Origin: Botryllus schlosseri
Taxonomy: Eukaryota
Direction: 5' to 3'
NCBI GenBank assembly: GCA_051294905.1
Contig: CM119371.1
Span: 6,264,001 to 6,328,000, forward strand
Length of the DNA: 64,000 bases
Part shown: positions 38,313-50,892 of the stretch, one piece after another
Layout: the number at the start of each line of letters is the position of its first letter
How positions within the stretch are numbered: the stretch's first letter is position 1
Translations under genes and position numbers: made by a program
The notes under the pieces: generated by a model
What the model saw: the letters and a program-made list of their open reading frames with translations, nothing else
What the model was told of the DNA's origin: nothing
The model's database searches: none

Positions 38313-38413
38313 GATTTCAAGCAATCCAAAAGTTATCTTCCGGAGAGCAGAATTTAACGAATGTGGTCTTGATCGAAAGCTACTGACATACTGACTCCGA
38401 AAATATAAATGTG

Positions 38414-41400
38414 AAATGCTTTGATATCACGGATGTCGGGATCAAACAAGTTCTCACTTGTAAAATTGTACCAAAGGTAAGCAAAGTTTGTTGACACAAG
38501 GAATCTATGTGTCGGACATTTGTTGTTGTATCTGGAGTATGGACCAATGCTTTCTTTTGTGAAAACCCTGACGGTGGAAACAAGGATTCGGTGAAATGCT
38601 TACAAGTTGTCATTCTCACATAGTTTCAAGTTAATAAATCCGTATTGATATAGAATGGGGCTACTCATTATTCAAAACTAGGAACTAGAACTAAGCTACC
38701 GGTGAACAATTTTAAAAATCCGCAACTCGATCTAAGAAATAGAGCTACTCAGTTCTCTAAACCAGCAGCTAGAAGTAGAAGTATATATCATTACTAATTT
38801 TTCAAAAATCAACCAGGAGGAGAACTGCTCACTTTTCAAAACTAGCAACTCCAACTAAAGCTAGAACTAATCATTAAACAAAACTAAAAAACGATAGCCT
38901 AGTTAGCTGACCGTCAACTACCTGGATTGGTAATTAGAACAAGTCTGAATTTCAGACACTGTTCGTGAATGAGATCAGTTTCCATTACAGTTTGAAACAC
39001 AATTGCACGTCATTGCATTTCACGAATTCGACCATGATTTTCCATGTATAGGCTAATGCGCAAACTTTTTGTCCTAATATTCGGGGTTTGCATTTTGCAT
39101 GGGTACAACAAGCCTTGAATAAATCTCTCTTGAAATAACACTTGAAATGATACCTTCATGTTTGTTTTCAATCGCGTATCACATTCAGCCATTGTATCCT
39201 GCCCAGTAATTCGTATTATCAGGTGTTACACGCTACCAACTAGCACAAAGCTGTTGCCAGTTAGCGTGAGTTGTCTACGCTACACAACAGCACTCCATAT
39301 ACTACAAAAAAAATAAGAAAAATTTGATCTTATTATCTTAAAGTGACTTTTTATGAAAAAATGTCTTAAAGACCAATCGGTCTTAACAAGACAAATGATG
39401 TCTCACGGTCATAAGACATTATTATCACTAGATATAGTCATCAAGGTACATGCCACTTACTACTCCATGTACTATTCAGATCAATATATATATGGTTTTC
39501 TGAGTCGAAAATTGCATTTATGGTGAGTGGGTTAAATCAGACCAAAAATACTGGCAATTCGTCTTAAAAACAAGACTAAAAAAACTGAAGCATCAAAAAT
39601 TATCTCAATATGCTCGCTGTGTCTGTAAAGTCCTTAGAAAAGTAATATTCCCTGGTCTCTCTCACTCTCCCCTTCACTCAGAACCTAACATTGAAAAGGA
39701 TGCCTCAAGTTGGGTCTTACTTTTGAGACGGAAAGTACTTGGTAAAACTAATTGGTCTTCAAGACTTTTTTTGCTAAAAAAACGATTTCAGACAGAATGT
39801 ACTTGGTAAGACTAATTGGTTTTGAGACTTCTTTTTCTAAAAAATCGATTTGAGACCAAATTTGTCTAATTTTATGCTCTTGGCCAATGTCAACTTACCG
39901 GTCTCATTTTTAAGACCACAAACCATGTTGTTTCTTGATTAGCGAAATCCTACTTGAAAACAAGACCAAAAATACTGACACATCAAAAACTGTCTCAAAA
40001 AGCCAGTTATGTCTCATGCTCTTGGCCCATGTCAACTTTCCGGTCTCATTTTTAAGACCACAAATCATGTCATTCCTTGATTAGTGAAATTTGTCTTAGA
40101 AACAAAACCAAAAATAATGACACATCATAAACTGTCTTAATAAGCTTGTTATGTCTTGAAGCTCCTGACCCATGTCAACTTTCCGGTCTCATTTTGAAGA
40201 CCACAAATCATGTCGTTTCTTGATTAGCGAAATTTGTCTTAAAAACAAGACCAAAAATACTGACACATCAGAAATTGTCTGATTAAGCTAGTTATGTCTT
40301 AGAGCTCCTGACCCATGTCAACTTTTCGGTCTCATTTTTAAGACCGCAAATCATGTCGTTTCTTGATTAGCGAAATTTGTCTTGAAACCAAGACCAAAAA
40401 TATTGACACATCAAAAACTGTCTTAATAAGCACAATATGTCTCATGAGATGTGTTTTATTCGTCTTATTTTTAAGACCAAATAATTGTGACAATTATATA
40501 TGGTCTTAAACAGCTGAATCTGTCTCAATTTTAAGACCTCAATTCATCAGTTAGACTGAAATTGCTGAAAATGAGACGAAATCATCCTCATTTCTTAAAT
40601 TTGAGACCAAATTTGTCTTATTTTTTTTTGTAGTGTATCCTGCTGAGTCGGTTTGCTGTTTGTAAGCGAGCAAAATTAGGTCATTCATTGCTGCATTTGT
40701 TCGAGGGAGCAATCGCTTCTGTGATATTGATAGACCTTTAATTGCGTCACGGGCCTCGCAGGCTTTGGCTGGTATCTACGATCGTTTAGAGACAATGCCG
40801 TTGAGTGTATAATGATTAGCAATCGTTTTTCATGTTTGATCAACAGAGTGACAATGAACACTGAAGCATAACCGTTGCTGGTAACTCGTCATACGCGCAA
40901 CTTTGTCAACACGAGAAGCTTGGTTTTGCGCATGCACTATTCATGTACTGCAAATGCAGGGTGCGTACTATGCATGGGTACAGGCTTTGACCAGAATTTA
41001 CATGCCATTTCAAGGGTGCGTATTATACTTGTAGCCGTATTTTACATGGAAAAGTACGGTATTATTTCCAATGATTTGAGTCGGTAGTGAGAATGAGTTT
41101 TTCCACTGCTGAAATTATGCGCTCCTTGCCACCAAGAATTAATTGATCAACAAAAAATATGGTTTCGATACCATTTTCTACGGTACAAACCCCGATTTAT
41201 CATATTGCAGCTAAAGAAACACAAAGACGCGCCATCACTGTACCAGAGACTTGTTCTTACATGCAACAGATTCTGCTTCGAGTCTTTTATCTTCACGATT
41301 GTAAGATTATTCACGGATATCAAGGTAACATCGCCTGCAGTGTTACCAGGCTCGTACAAACTACTGAATATTCAATATGTGCAACTACAACTACTAGCTT

Positions 41401-44400
41401 TTCAGAACTCACAACTAGAACTACTCGCTTTTCAAAACTGACAACTAGAACTAGACTAGTCGCTCTTCAGAAAAAAATCCAGGCACTTTTAAATACTCGG
41501 AACCAGAACTGCAACTATACTTAGTTTTCAAAATGGGCAACTGCAACTAGAACTACTCACATTTTAAAAGTCACCAGTTTCATGAATCACCGATTCATGG
41601 CAGACGTGATTTCTAGTTGCTAGCAGCTAGCAGTTCTTGTTGCAGCTAATTTATTTGATAACCCAACTAGAACTGTCAGCCCCTTTTCAAATCCGCATCT
41701 AGAACCTGAAGGACTCAAAAAATTAACAGTTAATTGGCCATCAACTTGCGAGATTGGTAGTTTGTTCGAGTTTGTATTGCGAGATTAACAACCTATTTAT
41801 GTACAATGAAATAGTACACAGGTTCTCTCGGTCCTAACAGTTACTGGCCCTATTTCCAAGTATCGTATCAGGACGGATGGACGAATTCACAATAATGTGG
41901 TGACTTAAATATTCTTCGAAGTGACCATGAAATGTCTGTCTTGGCCATCCTAATCTAGAGTCAAGTCGAGTCACCCAAAAAAAATGCGACTTGAGTCATT
42001 ACAACCCTAGTATTGAGTCATGTAGAATGACTCGAGTACAAGCCGAGTCAATACTAAAAGTGACTCGAGTCATTGCAACCCTATTATCGAGTCATATGAC
42101 TTGCTTCGAGTCACGCACACAATGACTTCAGTACAAGCCGAGTCAATACAAAAAGTGACTCGAGTCAAGTCGAGTCACCGAAAAATCGTGACTCGAGTCA
42201 TTACGACCATGGTATCGAGTCATACGACTTGCTTCGAGTACTGCACAACGACTTGAGTACAAGCCGAGTCAATACCCAAAGTGACTCGAATAAGTCGAGT
42301 AACCAAAAAATTGCGACTCGAGTCATTATGACCCTGGGAATAAATCCCAAATTTTAAGGCATGTAAAAAATTACACTCCACTGTTTTCTCCAATCAAAAT
42401 GACGATTTATTGTGAGCACGGGATTGTAGTTTATGGCACTTACTTATGGGTATGAAATAATGTAATTTAGATTTGACGCTATTTGCTGATCTAACATGAG
42501 AAGACAAGGTTTTGGCATATTTGAAAAATTGAATAGGAAACGATAGCATTCAGATAATCTGCTTACATGTGAAATTTTTTACAAATGATTTTGTTTTACA
42601 GATGAGGCGGAAGACCCAGCAGCTGTCCCGGTGCTCTGGACTAGCAAATGGGTGGATTATACGGATAAGTACGGCCTAGGTATGGAAATCTTGGAATCCT
42701 AAATATCCCTGCCTGTATGCACAGTAGCGATGCCAGATGTGCCTTTTCTGTATTATAAAATGGCTGCAGAATGAAAATAATTGGTCTCTAAAAATTGGTT
42801 CATTATATCGCCTGAAGTGGCAACTCTAATATTTCTATCTGACGCTAATACTTGGTTGCAATTCAATAAGTCGTAATATCAGTACTGCGCGCGGTCAATT
42901 AACGAAAGACATGTTTCTAATTAGCGAGATTCGTCCTGTGCATTGCACTGCACAATGTAATGCGACACGATCTCCGCTGAGCTGATTGCGAAATCAGGTC
43001 ATTCACTGTCGCGCGTTCGACAATCATTACTAGCCTGATTTACTGTGCTCCAACAAACCTAATTCCGCTGGCTTGCATAATCACATCTGCAATAGGCCCT
43101 GTGCGCAGTGCGCACGATATCGTCACTGGCGTTCACAATCACATCTGCATTGGCTTGGTGTGCACAATATCTTCGCTGTCCTACACAATCGCATCTGGAA
43201 GAGGCCTAGTACTCAAGAAATCGCTAGCCTAACTACCGCGTCTTGGGCCTACCTTGCTTTGGCTACTATTTCTCGATGGCTTGGATAAAATGCTATTAAG
43301 TATATGCTGATTAGCGATTGTGATTAAAGAGTGACGTCTCGTAACTGAATGACATTGAATGTCCGCAATCATGTTCGACGCGTGCGCACATGCGTACTTG
43401 ATTTCCACTAGTCTCCAGTCATAGTCCAGTAGGCTTGAGTTATAAAAGAGGTAAGGTTTGAACCACCTGAAATCGGTGTCATTATAGCACGGATAAAATC
43501 TCGTACATTTTTACTTGCGCAAATCTCGATGCTACGTAAGACGCATTGATGAGCGGGCGTATTCAGTTGTTGGACGCTTGGCGCACGAATTTACTTGTTC
43601 GACGCGTTGATAAGCACGCGTATTCGAATGTTCGACGCGTGCGTATTTCATTGTTAACGACCGATCAGGGAGTCTCTAATTAACGGCACTTCCAGACTCG
43701 CCGACAAGCTTATCATATGCCTGTAATCGCGAACACGGGGATGTTGTATAATCGTTATTTATATCACATGTACATCTACATTTCAACTAAGCTGTGTAGG
43801 TTTGAACTTTGAATACCGGCACACACTTCCTTGACTGTGGACTTGCGTTTCAGGCCGGGGCATCCATGGCACCAAAGGAAGGTGACCAGTACGCTCGTTT
43901 GCCCTTCCTCAGAACGTGGTTTCGGACGAGAAGCGCCATCGTGCTGCATCTCAGTAACGGTACCATGCAGATCAACTTCTTTGAGGTAATATGAGATTGT
44001 GTTTGGGATATGGCAGGTACTCGATATTTCCCATCCCTAGATACGACCAATCGAAGTTTACATAGGAAAATAGAATCAAAGGAATGTATAATTTCAATGC
44101 GGAAAAACATCTCTCACGACTCGAATTTATTCTTGATACAGATTGGAGTCCTTGAATCAATATTCTCAGCCCTACTTATGACCCTGACTACTTTGAGCAT
44201 CTTCCACTGGTGAGGGATTAGAAATATACTAGCTTACTTCTACTTGAGTAGCAACACTGACTACTATGAACACTTGTGCGACTGCTTCAATGTATTTTTC
44301 TATGGTACAGGACCACACCAAAGTGATTCTGTGTCCTCTAATGAGCGCCGTGAGTTACATCGACCGTGAAAGAAACTTTCGCACGTACAAGCTGAACCTG

Positions 44401-44505
44401 ATCGAGAAATACGGATGCAGTCGCGAACTGGGCCATCGTTTGCGGTATGCCAGGACCATGCTGGAAAAACTCATGTCCAACCATTCGTCTGCTGCGCAAA
44501 ACTAA
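38414..44505 (+). pseudogene. PLK1: Partial tandem duplicate of PLK1
   Basis: Remnants of exon 1 (38414-38476), exon 2 (38956-39029, with indels) and exon 3 (41211-41324, frameshift in HRD). Intact copies of exon 8 (42602-42679), exon 10 (43854-43985) and exon 11 (44311-44505). Exons 4-7 and 9 not found. Confidence 0.9.
39300..40635. mobile_element. Non-autonomous CACTA (CMC)-type element with ~142-bp internal tandem repeats
   Basis: Ends (T)ACTACAAAAAAAATAAGA / TCTTATTTTTTTTTGTAGTG, flanked by TA/TA. Repeat units start at 39877, 40018, 40161 and 40304. Confidence 0.85.
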
Positions 44506-46495
44506 CATTGTTTGACAAAATACGACTTGCTAACTTTGTGTACGATTTCCGATGGAAATGATTTGGTGATCACGAATGTGCTGGACCAGGATTTTGTGAA
44601 CAGCAGTTTGAAAGGCGTGGCATAGCGTTTGAATTTGACTTTGCCTCTCTCTGGCAGGAGTTTCTTACCTTTCCCTTGTAACGCGAGTTAATTATACTTA
44701 TCAATAAATATCATGCGTCGGACTGACATCATAAGTCACTGGGCTGGGCTTTTGGCAGAGACGAGGCTTGTACAAATAAGCGAGCTAGTGAGTTGACGAA
44801 TATCTATTTGTTTATTGATTATTTCTAGTTGCATAGCACATTGTGCAGTAGAAACCTAGTTGTAAAACTTTTAGAGAACATGCAGCCTTCACCAGCCAAC
44901 TACTACAGTGGCATGACAAGTGGTGGGTTTGGTGGCTGTAATGCCTCCTCTAATATCTAGTTGCCAGTTTTGAAAAGTGAAATACAGTAGCTTGAAGAAG
45001 TCTGTAGTGACGGTGTGCTTCAACTTTTTTATATTCTTCAATCAGACTTCAATGTCCAGGTAACTCTTCTCTCGTCTCGCTTCTAGTTAGATCCGGTAAT
45101 ATGATTCACAAAATACTCCTATGCCAGTGGTTCTCATCCTTTGTCTTCACTGACCCACCCCCCCCTGTTTTCAGTTCCAATTTAGCTCAATTATCGTGCT
45201 ATCGTCATCTGGCTCAAGCAAATGATAGCTTTAGGCTTTGTGTTAAACCGCAACAAAATGACTTTTCTTGAAAATAAGATCATTCTATTTATGTAGAAAA
45301 TTGGTGGACTTCTATTATTTTTCAGCGAATTCTGCAACTGCATTTCTTGAAATATGCGGCCGTGTCTTGAAAATCAACGCAAAATGGTACCAAAATTGAC
45401 AAACATTTCTTTAATGAACGTATAACGTCAAGCGTGCAGTCATTTCTATCTAGCAGCATATCTTGAAGTTATTATGGAAAAAGGGTTTTGCATATCACAG
45501 GAGAAAATGTATTTTTGTAAACATGTTGAATTCACCGTGATTGACCTCACTCATCCAAGATTTTTTCACAATACCCAACAAAACAACTCTAAACAGAAAG
45601 CTGTTTTTACGATATCAGCAGGCTTTTGACAATTTAGCAATGAAAATGAGTCTGCATAGTCGGACATTTCATCTCAGAGTGTCATTCTGTTGATGTGAGC
45701 ACTGGAATTTTACTTAGTAATGAACGAAAGTGACTCGTGATTTTCCGAATTAAAAAAAATACAAATTAGGTTATCAACTATTTTGAGGCTTTGCGGACCC
45801 CCTGAAAACGCTTCGCGTACCCCCGGTTGAGAACCACTGTCCTATACCTTTATTTTAATCATCCAGTTTCTGGTTTTCCAGAAAATGCTGATACAACTGC
45901 AGTACAGGGGACGTATATTTATTTCGAGACTACATTCATTGCAGTATATTGTATGTAATACCGTTAACTCGGTATGCCTCCATCATGAGTTCATGGTCCC
46001 ATTACACAAGCATATAAACATATTTAAACGTAAACTTTTGGATGCAGACATGCGGTTAAATTAGGCAATAACAGTTAATGACAGAACAAATATTTGCAAC
46101 AAAATCAAGCAACACATATTAGTTGATAAATCCCACCATAATTAAGTCGGCACTGGGATTAGTACCGCTATTTCATTCATATATCAACGGGGACAATCTT
46201 GAAGTCATCTCAATACCGTTCTCTGTCACGTAGAGCCAGTGTGCTGGCATCTCTATACCTTTTTTCTTCTGTGCCATGTTTCGGTCTGCTTCGATAGCCA
46301 TTCTTCTTTCTCGGAAAGTGATATCAATCTTCATGGTTGGCATCCCATTTTAATTTTCATGTCGCATGTTCTGTCTATGGGCGACACAGATCCTGCTGCA
46401 TTAGCAGACGTAGTTTCTTCCATATATATCTTTTCTTGTACTCTCTATAACGCAACACTTCTACCATAGCAATTCGCAACGTAGCTGGCATGGAG
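43780..46495 (+). repeat. Segmental duplication of 33168-35860 (PLK1 3' end, UTR and flank); 42337-42838 duplicates 30588-31083
   Basis: Colinear high identity including introns and UTR, with indels and one hAT insertion. Confidence 0.9.
45125..45839. mobile_element. 715-bp hAT (Charlie-like) MITE
   Basis: TIR CAGTGGTTCTCA. TSD TCCTATGC/TCCTATAC. Empty site in the paralogous sequence at ~35119-35126. Confidence 0.9.
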
Positions 46496-47206
46496 ACCAG
46501 TGATGAGGGGACTGTGATATTTTTCGGTCAAAGTCCGATCCTGAAAATTTTCAATTCAGTCCTACTCCATCCTGATTCAAAAATATTTTCAAAATCGAAA
46601 GTCCCATTCGATAACTGAAATAACAGAAGAACATGTTACAGAGAATAATTAGGCTCTCTGAAATATAACTCTGGTTTGTGACAAGATGTATAATTCCATT
46701 GTTTGCCTACACTCGAAACAACAGTAGGCCTACATGAAACAACAATTTTCATTTCACATTTTAGCAACACGAATGCAAATGACTAAATTAGCAAGATGGC
46801 TATCAATACCTTAATCATCACATCATGAACAATGCGCATGTACATCAGGGTTGATTATAATAGGTTTTATTTTTATAAATTTGACTGACTAGTTGATAAA
46901 ATTGTTAGGTCGGTTCAATGAACAAACGCTACGCATCAAATTCGATTCAATTCCAGCCTGTAAAAGCGAAGTTATTACAACTGGAGAATTTTCAATATAC
47001 TAAGAAGTATACACATTTTTTTCAAATTATACTGGCTGCCCATCCCTATGAAGTTTTGTAAGAAAATGGTGCATTACAAATTTGATTCAATTCCGACCAA
47101 TGGAAGCGTTAAAAACATGGTATTTACTCTGGGAAATTCTTCAATCAATAATTATTGAGCTACAACACTATTTTGAAGAGCTTCTTGGAGGTACAGCACT
47201 TTATTA

Positions 47207-47394
47207 TACAATTGAATAGTATATTATTATTGAAAAGAACCCGAATAGTTTCGACAGACACTCGTCAAGGGTACCATACTGGTAATCATCAGCAACTAGT
47301 GGATAATTGGTAAGAACATTGTATATCAACAATCGTATCACAAAATATGTCAACCGAAAATATCCGGGTTCATTCCAATATGAATATACTATTC
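47207..47394. mobile_element. Penelope-like pLTR fragment with inversion
   Basis: 47207-47349 is the reverse complement of ~60337-60468; 47348-47394 repeats the pLTR end on the plus strand. Confidence 0.75.
47239..47272 (-). ncRNA. Degenerate minimal hammerhead ribozyme (C3U variant)
   Basis: ACCC-UUGACGA-GUGUCUGUC-GAAA-CUAU-UC-GGGU. Confidence 0.55.
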
Positions 47395-48059
47395 AGATTC
47401 AACACTATTTTTCTAGCCCAAAATTTTCCACTTCAATGAATTCACCTACACCGGTTGTAATTCGACTAGTAGCATCTTCAGCCAGTAAATTTGAAAAAAA
47501 GAAGTTATTTCAATCCAACCCTATTGTACCTATACACCCGGATATCTCTCCTAATCGATACAACAACCTGTAGCGTATACCTCGCCGATTGAGTTGTATT
47601 TTTGGCTTGTGAAAATGCAATGCACCTTTTGAATCTGCATAGACAAATACATCACTTCCAATCGCAAAAACAAATATTTGACAGTGTCAGATATTTCAAT
47701 CGCTTTTTCGCACTATAGTTATAGTATTTTTGGGAACACAGATTAGTGGAGATAATGGGGAACACTTCCCAATTATGTATGGTACTTGTACAAGTACCTT
47801 GGATTGGCCCCATTTCCACCCGCTTTGAAAAACAATTGATTTCTGCTGTCGGTAAATGTTACGATACAGTCAAAACCAATGTGATTTTTACAACAACACA
47901 ACTGCTCCCTTCAACACGCAAAGACGTGCTTCCTGCACTTCAACAAAGTAATGTAGTGTACGAATATAGGTGCCACTGTGATTGTGGCTACGTGGGAAGA
48001 ACGTCAAGACGGAGTAGGGGTTAAACCCGCTCAGAGGCCAAACGCCGAGCGGCGGCCGA

Positions 48060-48345
48060 ATGTCTATACGGCGTTTGGCGTCTGGTTTTCCGAGACGCCA
48101 AGTAGCTATACGGCGTTTGGCGTCTGTTATGTTCAGACGCCGAGTAGCTATACGGCGTTTGGCGTCTGATATCGTGAGACGCCGAGTAGCTATACGGCGT
48201 TTGGCGTCTGATATGGTGAGACGCCGAGTAGCTATACGGCGTTTGGCGTCTGCTATGTTCAGACGCCGAGTAGCTATACGGCGTTCGGCGTCTGGTATGT
48301 TGAGACGCCGAATAGCTAATAGCTACACGGCGTTCGGTGTCTCGG
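48060..48345. repeat. ~39-bp tandem repeat in the left arm of element A (mirror at ~54300-54460)
   Basis: Unit agacgccgagtagctatacggcgtttggcgtctg + ~5-7 variable nt, about 7 copies. Confidence 0.9.
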
Positions 48346-49074
48346 TAAACTGAGCAGAGGCTAAATCCTTTCATGGCGCGACTATTGAGTTCTCGCAACT
48401 ATATGACACCGAAGATTGCATATTGTTACATTTTTTTCATAATAAGCGTTGGCAGAATCCCAAATGATTGTATGCTCGGATTCAAAAAAGACCTACTTGA
48501 TCACCTCCTGTCGTTATACTACTTACTCGACTCACAATTGTTTTGCTGACCTGAGTTATCTTCTTAAAAATGGATTTACTCATTCTATGGCTTATTCAAG
48601 AATAGTATATCAGGACTGATAAATGAAAAATAGGCCCTAAACCTGCCTTTTATCTGTTACAATAAACATGTTCAGAGTGGGAAAAATGAACATATGAATT
48701 ATCCGAGGCCTTCGATATCACCCCCGAGAGTTCCACAGAAGTGACCTGAAGCAGAACTGGATGGGGGAACATTAAACACCATGACTTGGACTCAACTCAG
48801 TGCTCTCGGAATTGACTCGGTGGTGAATTGAAAATGACTCGAGTCAAATTGACTTGGTTACAACCCTGTCACCACCCCATATCAGTGTTGGGATGACTCG
48901 CTAAAATGACTCTAAATGACGCTAAAATGACTTGATTCGAGTGAGTCAAAATGTGCAATGACTCGTGACTCGAAGGTAGTTACTTGAACCCAACCCTTTA
49001 TTTGTACACTTGCAATGAATTTCAGACCCAAGTCTGTAGATACAGTATGTAATGAAACCACAATAAGAAATATG

Positions 49075-49305
49075 CAACGAATACCACAGTAAAAATTATC
49101 AAGAAACAAGCAACAAAACCACAGTAAAAGTCACAAAGAAATCAGCAGTGGAACCACAGTAGAAGTCACAGAAAAATAAGCAATGGAACCACAGCAAACG
49201 TCATTGAGAAATCAGCAATGAAACCACAGTAAAAATCACTTTGAAACAAGCAACGAAACCACAGTAAAAGTCATTAGTAAATACGCAACGAAACCACAGT
49301 AAAAT
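49075..49305 (+). repeat. 35-bp minisatellite, 7 copies
   Basis: ccacag at 49084, 49119, 49154, 49189, 49224, 49259, 49294. Confidence 0.85.
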
Positions 49306-49513
49306 GTCCCCAATAAATATATCAACATCAGAATTTACATCTGGGTACATAGCATGCAATAAAAATCAGGATCAGGTATCTGCTGTCCCGGCCAACAGTG
49401 CTCGTGCGTCCATCGACCACAGCCGTCACACGCATCCTGGAAACAAGTTAGAATCAATATACCTAACAAATGTAATCTCGTAATTGCTTAGGAAAGATGT
49501 GGTACTGATGGAT

Positions 49514-50074
49514 CAGGGTTGTAATGACTCGACTCGAGTCACGATTTTTTGATGACTCGACTTGACTCGAGTCATTTTCTTAAAATACGGAAATGACTCG
49601 ACTCGAGTCAATCCGCGTATTGACTCGACTTGGACTCGAGTCATTGCTCATGACTCGAACCAAGTCATATGACTCGAGACTCAGACGGCAAGACCGACAT
49701 TTCATTGTGATTTCAAAGAATAGTAAAGTAACCACCGTATTGGGATTTCGTATATTGGTACTGGTACTTGAAAATGCGACCAGAAACGGTTAAATGTGAG
49801 GAAAATTAGTATATTATGAATACGAACCATTCGATATCACCAAATAGAGTCATAAAAGTGGGTCTAACATGACCTTAACTGGAAACTGAGCAGTCAACAC
49901 AATGACTTGGACTCGAGTCATAACACCATGACTCGGACTCGAACCTCTGCTCGATGACTTGGACTCGGACTTGACTCGGTGGTAAATTGAAAATGACTCG
50001 ACTTGACTCGAGTCAAAACTATAAAAGTGAGATTGACTTGTGACTCGCAGCCTTGTGACTTGGTTACAACCCCG
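49514..50074 (+). mobile_element. Full-length 561-bp GACTCGAGTC hAT-type MITE
   Basis: Ends CAGGGTTGTAA / TTACAACCCCG. TSD TGATGGAT/CGATGGAT. Confidence 0.88.
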
Positions 50075-50892
50075 CGATGGATCAAAAATTGCAAAATGAT
50101 CTCTGGCCCTCAAATCTTCAGCCGAGAATATATCTTTTGCTGGCTCAACACTTTGATCCAAGCTCTACGTACATGAATATCCACTTTTTCAAAAAATATT
50201 CATGAACGTTCAAAATTTGTTGCTCGAACGCATGATTGGTCCCCACTCGGTAGGTCCTAAGGCACACGAGTGACACAACCATGGGACCACCTTCAAGAAT
50301 AAAATAGATTATTTGATTATATCAACTCAAATGTTGGAGTAAAATCACGTTTCGATTTACGCCCAAAACAACAAAATTATTGGCACATACATATTACCCG
50401 TAAATCGACATTTTGACTTTCAATTACCTCGTTATAGCGATAAAGCACCACAGGAGACTATGATTTGCAGCCTCTATATGTGTAGGCGTGTTTCTGTTGT
50501 TAAGTGATTAGTTGATTCAAACATTTTGCTTGATTTGGTTATGGTACCATAGGCCCCCCACCCTATAAATATGGTAATTGAATTGAAAATAGTCAACTCG
50601 AGGATGGTATTGAATTAAAAAAGACGTGACATTATATACCATGATACAAGCCCTACACTTCACATTAAAAATAACGGCTGGTTTGTTAGTGTGAAAGATT
50701 CTGCCAGAATGCATTTGTAGACAAATTCGCATACTGTAATCATAGGATTATCTCAGATAATTTTTCAAGTATTTTCGGTCCCACTGTCTCATCGGTACCA
50801 CATCTCCCCTACCCATTTCATGTTTTTTTGGGTTTTGACCACTGCATTCAATGCAATAATCTCCCAATTCTTATTCATCTGCATGCAAAACA

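Noticed and set aside
41159..41524. 121-aa ORF with kinase similarity
   Set aside because: Pseudo-exon 3 of the PLK1 duplicate, with a frameshift at HRD reading into repeat DNA.
38414..46495. PLK1 duplicate as an uncollapsed haplotype or a second intact PLK1 gene
   Set aside because: Kinase exons are degenerate or missing, exon 9 is replaced, and copy-specific insertions exist, so it is neither a plain allele nor a complete gene.
48060..48345. CRISPR-like palindromic repeat array
   Set aside because: The variable parts are only ~5-7 nt, there are no cas genes, the context is eukaryotic, and the array is mirrored at 54300-54460 as a transposon arm.
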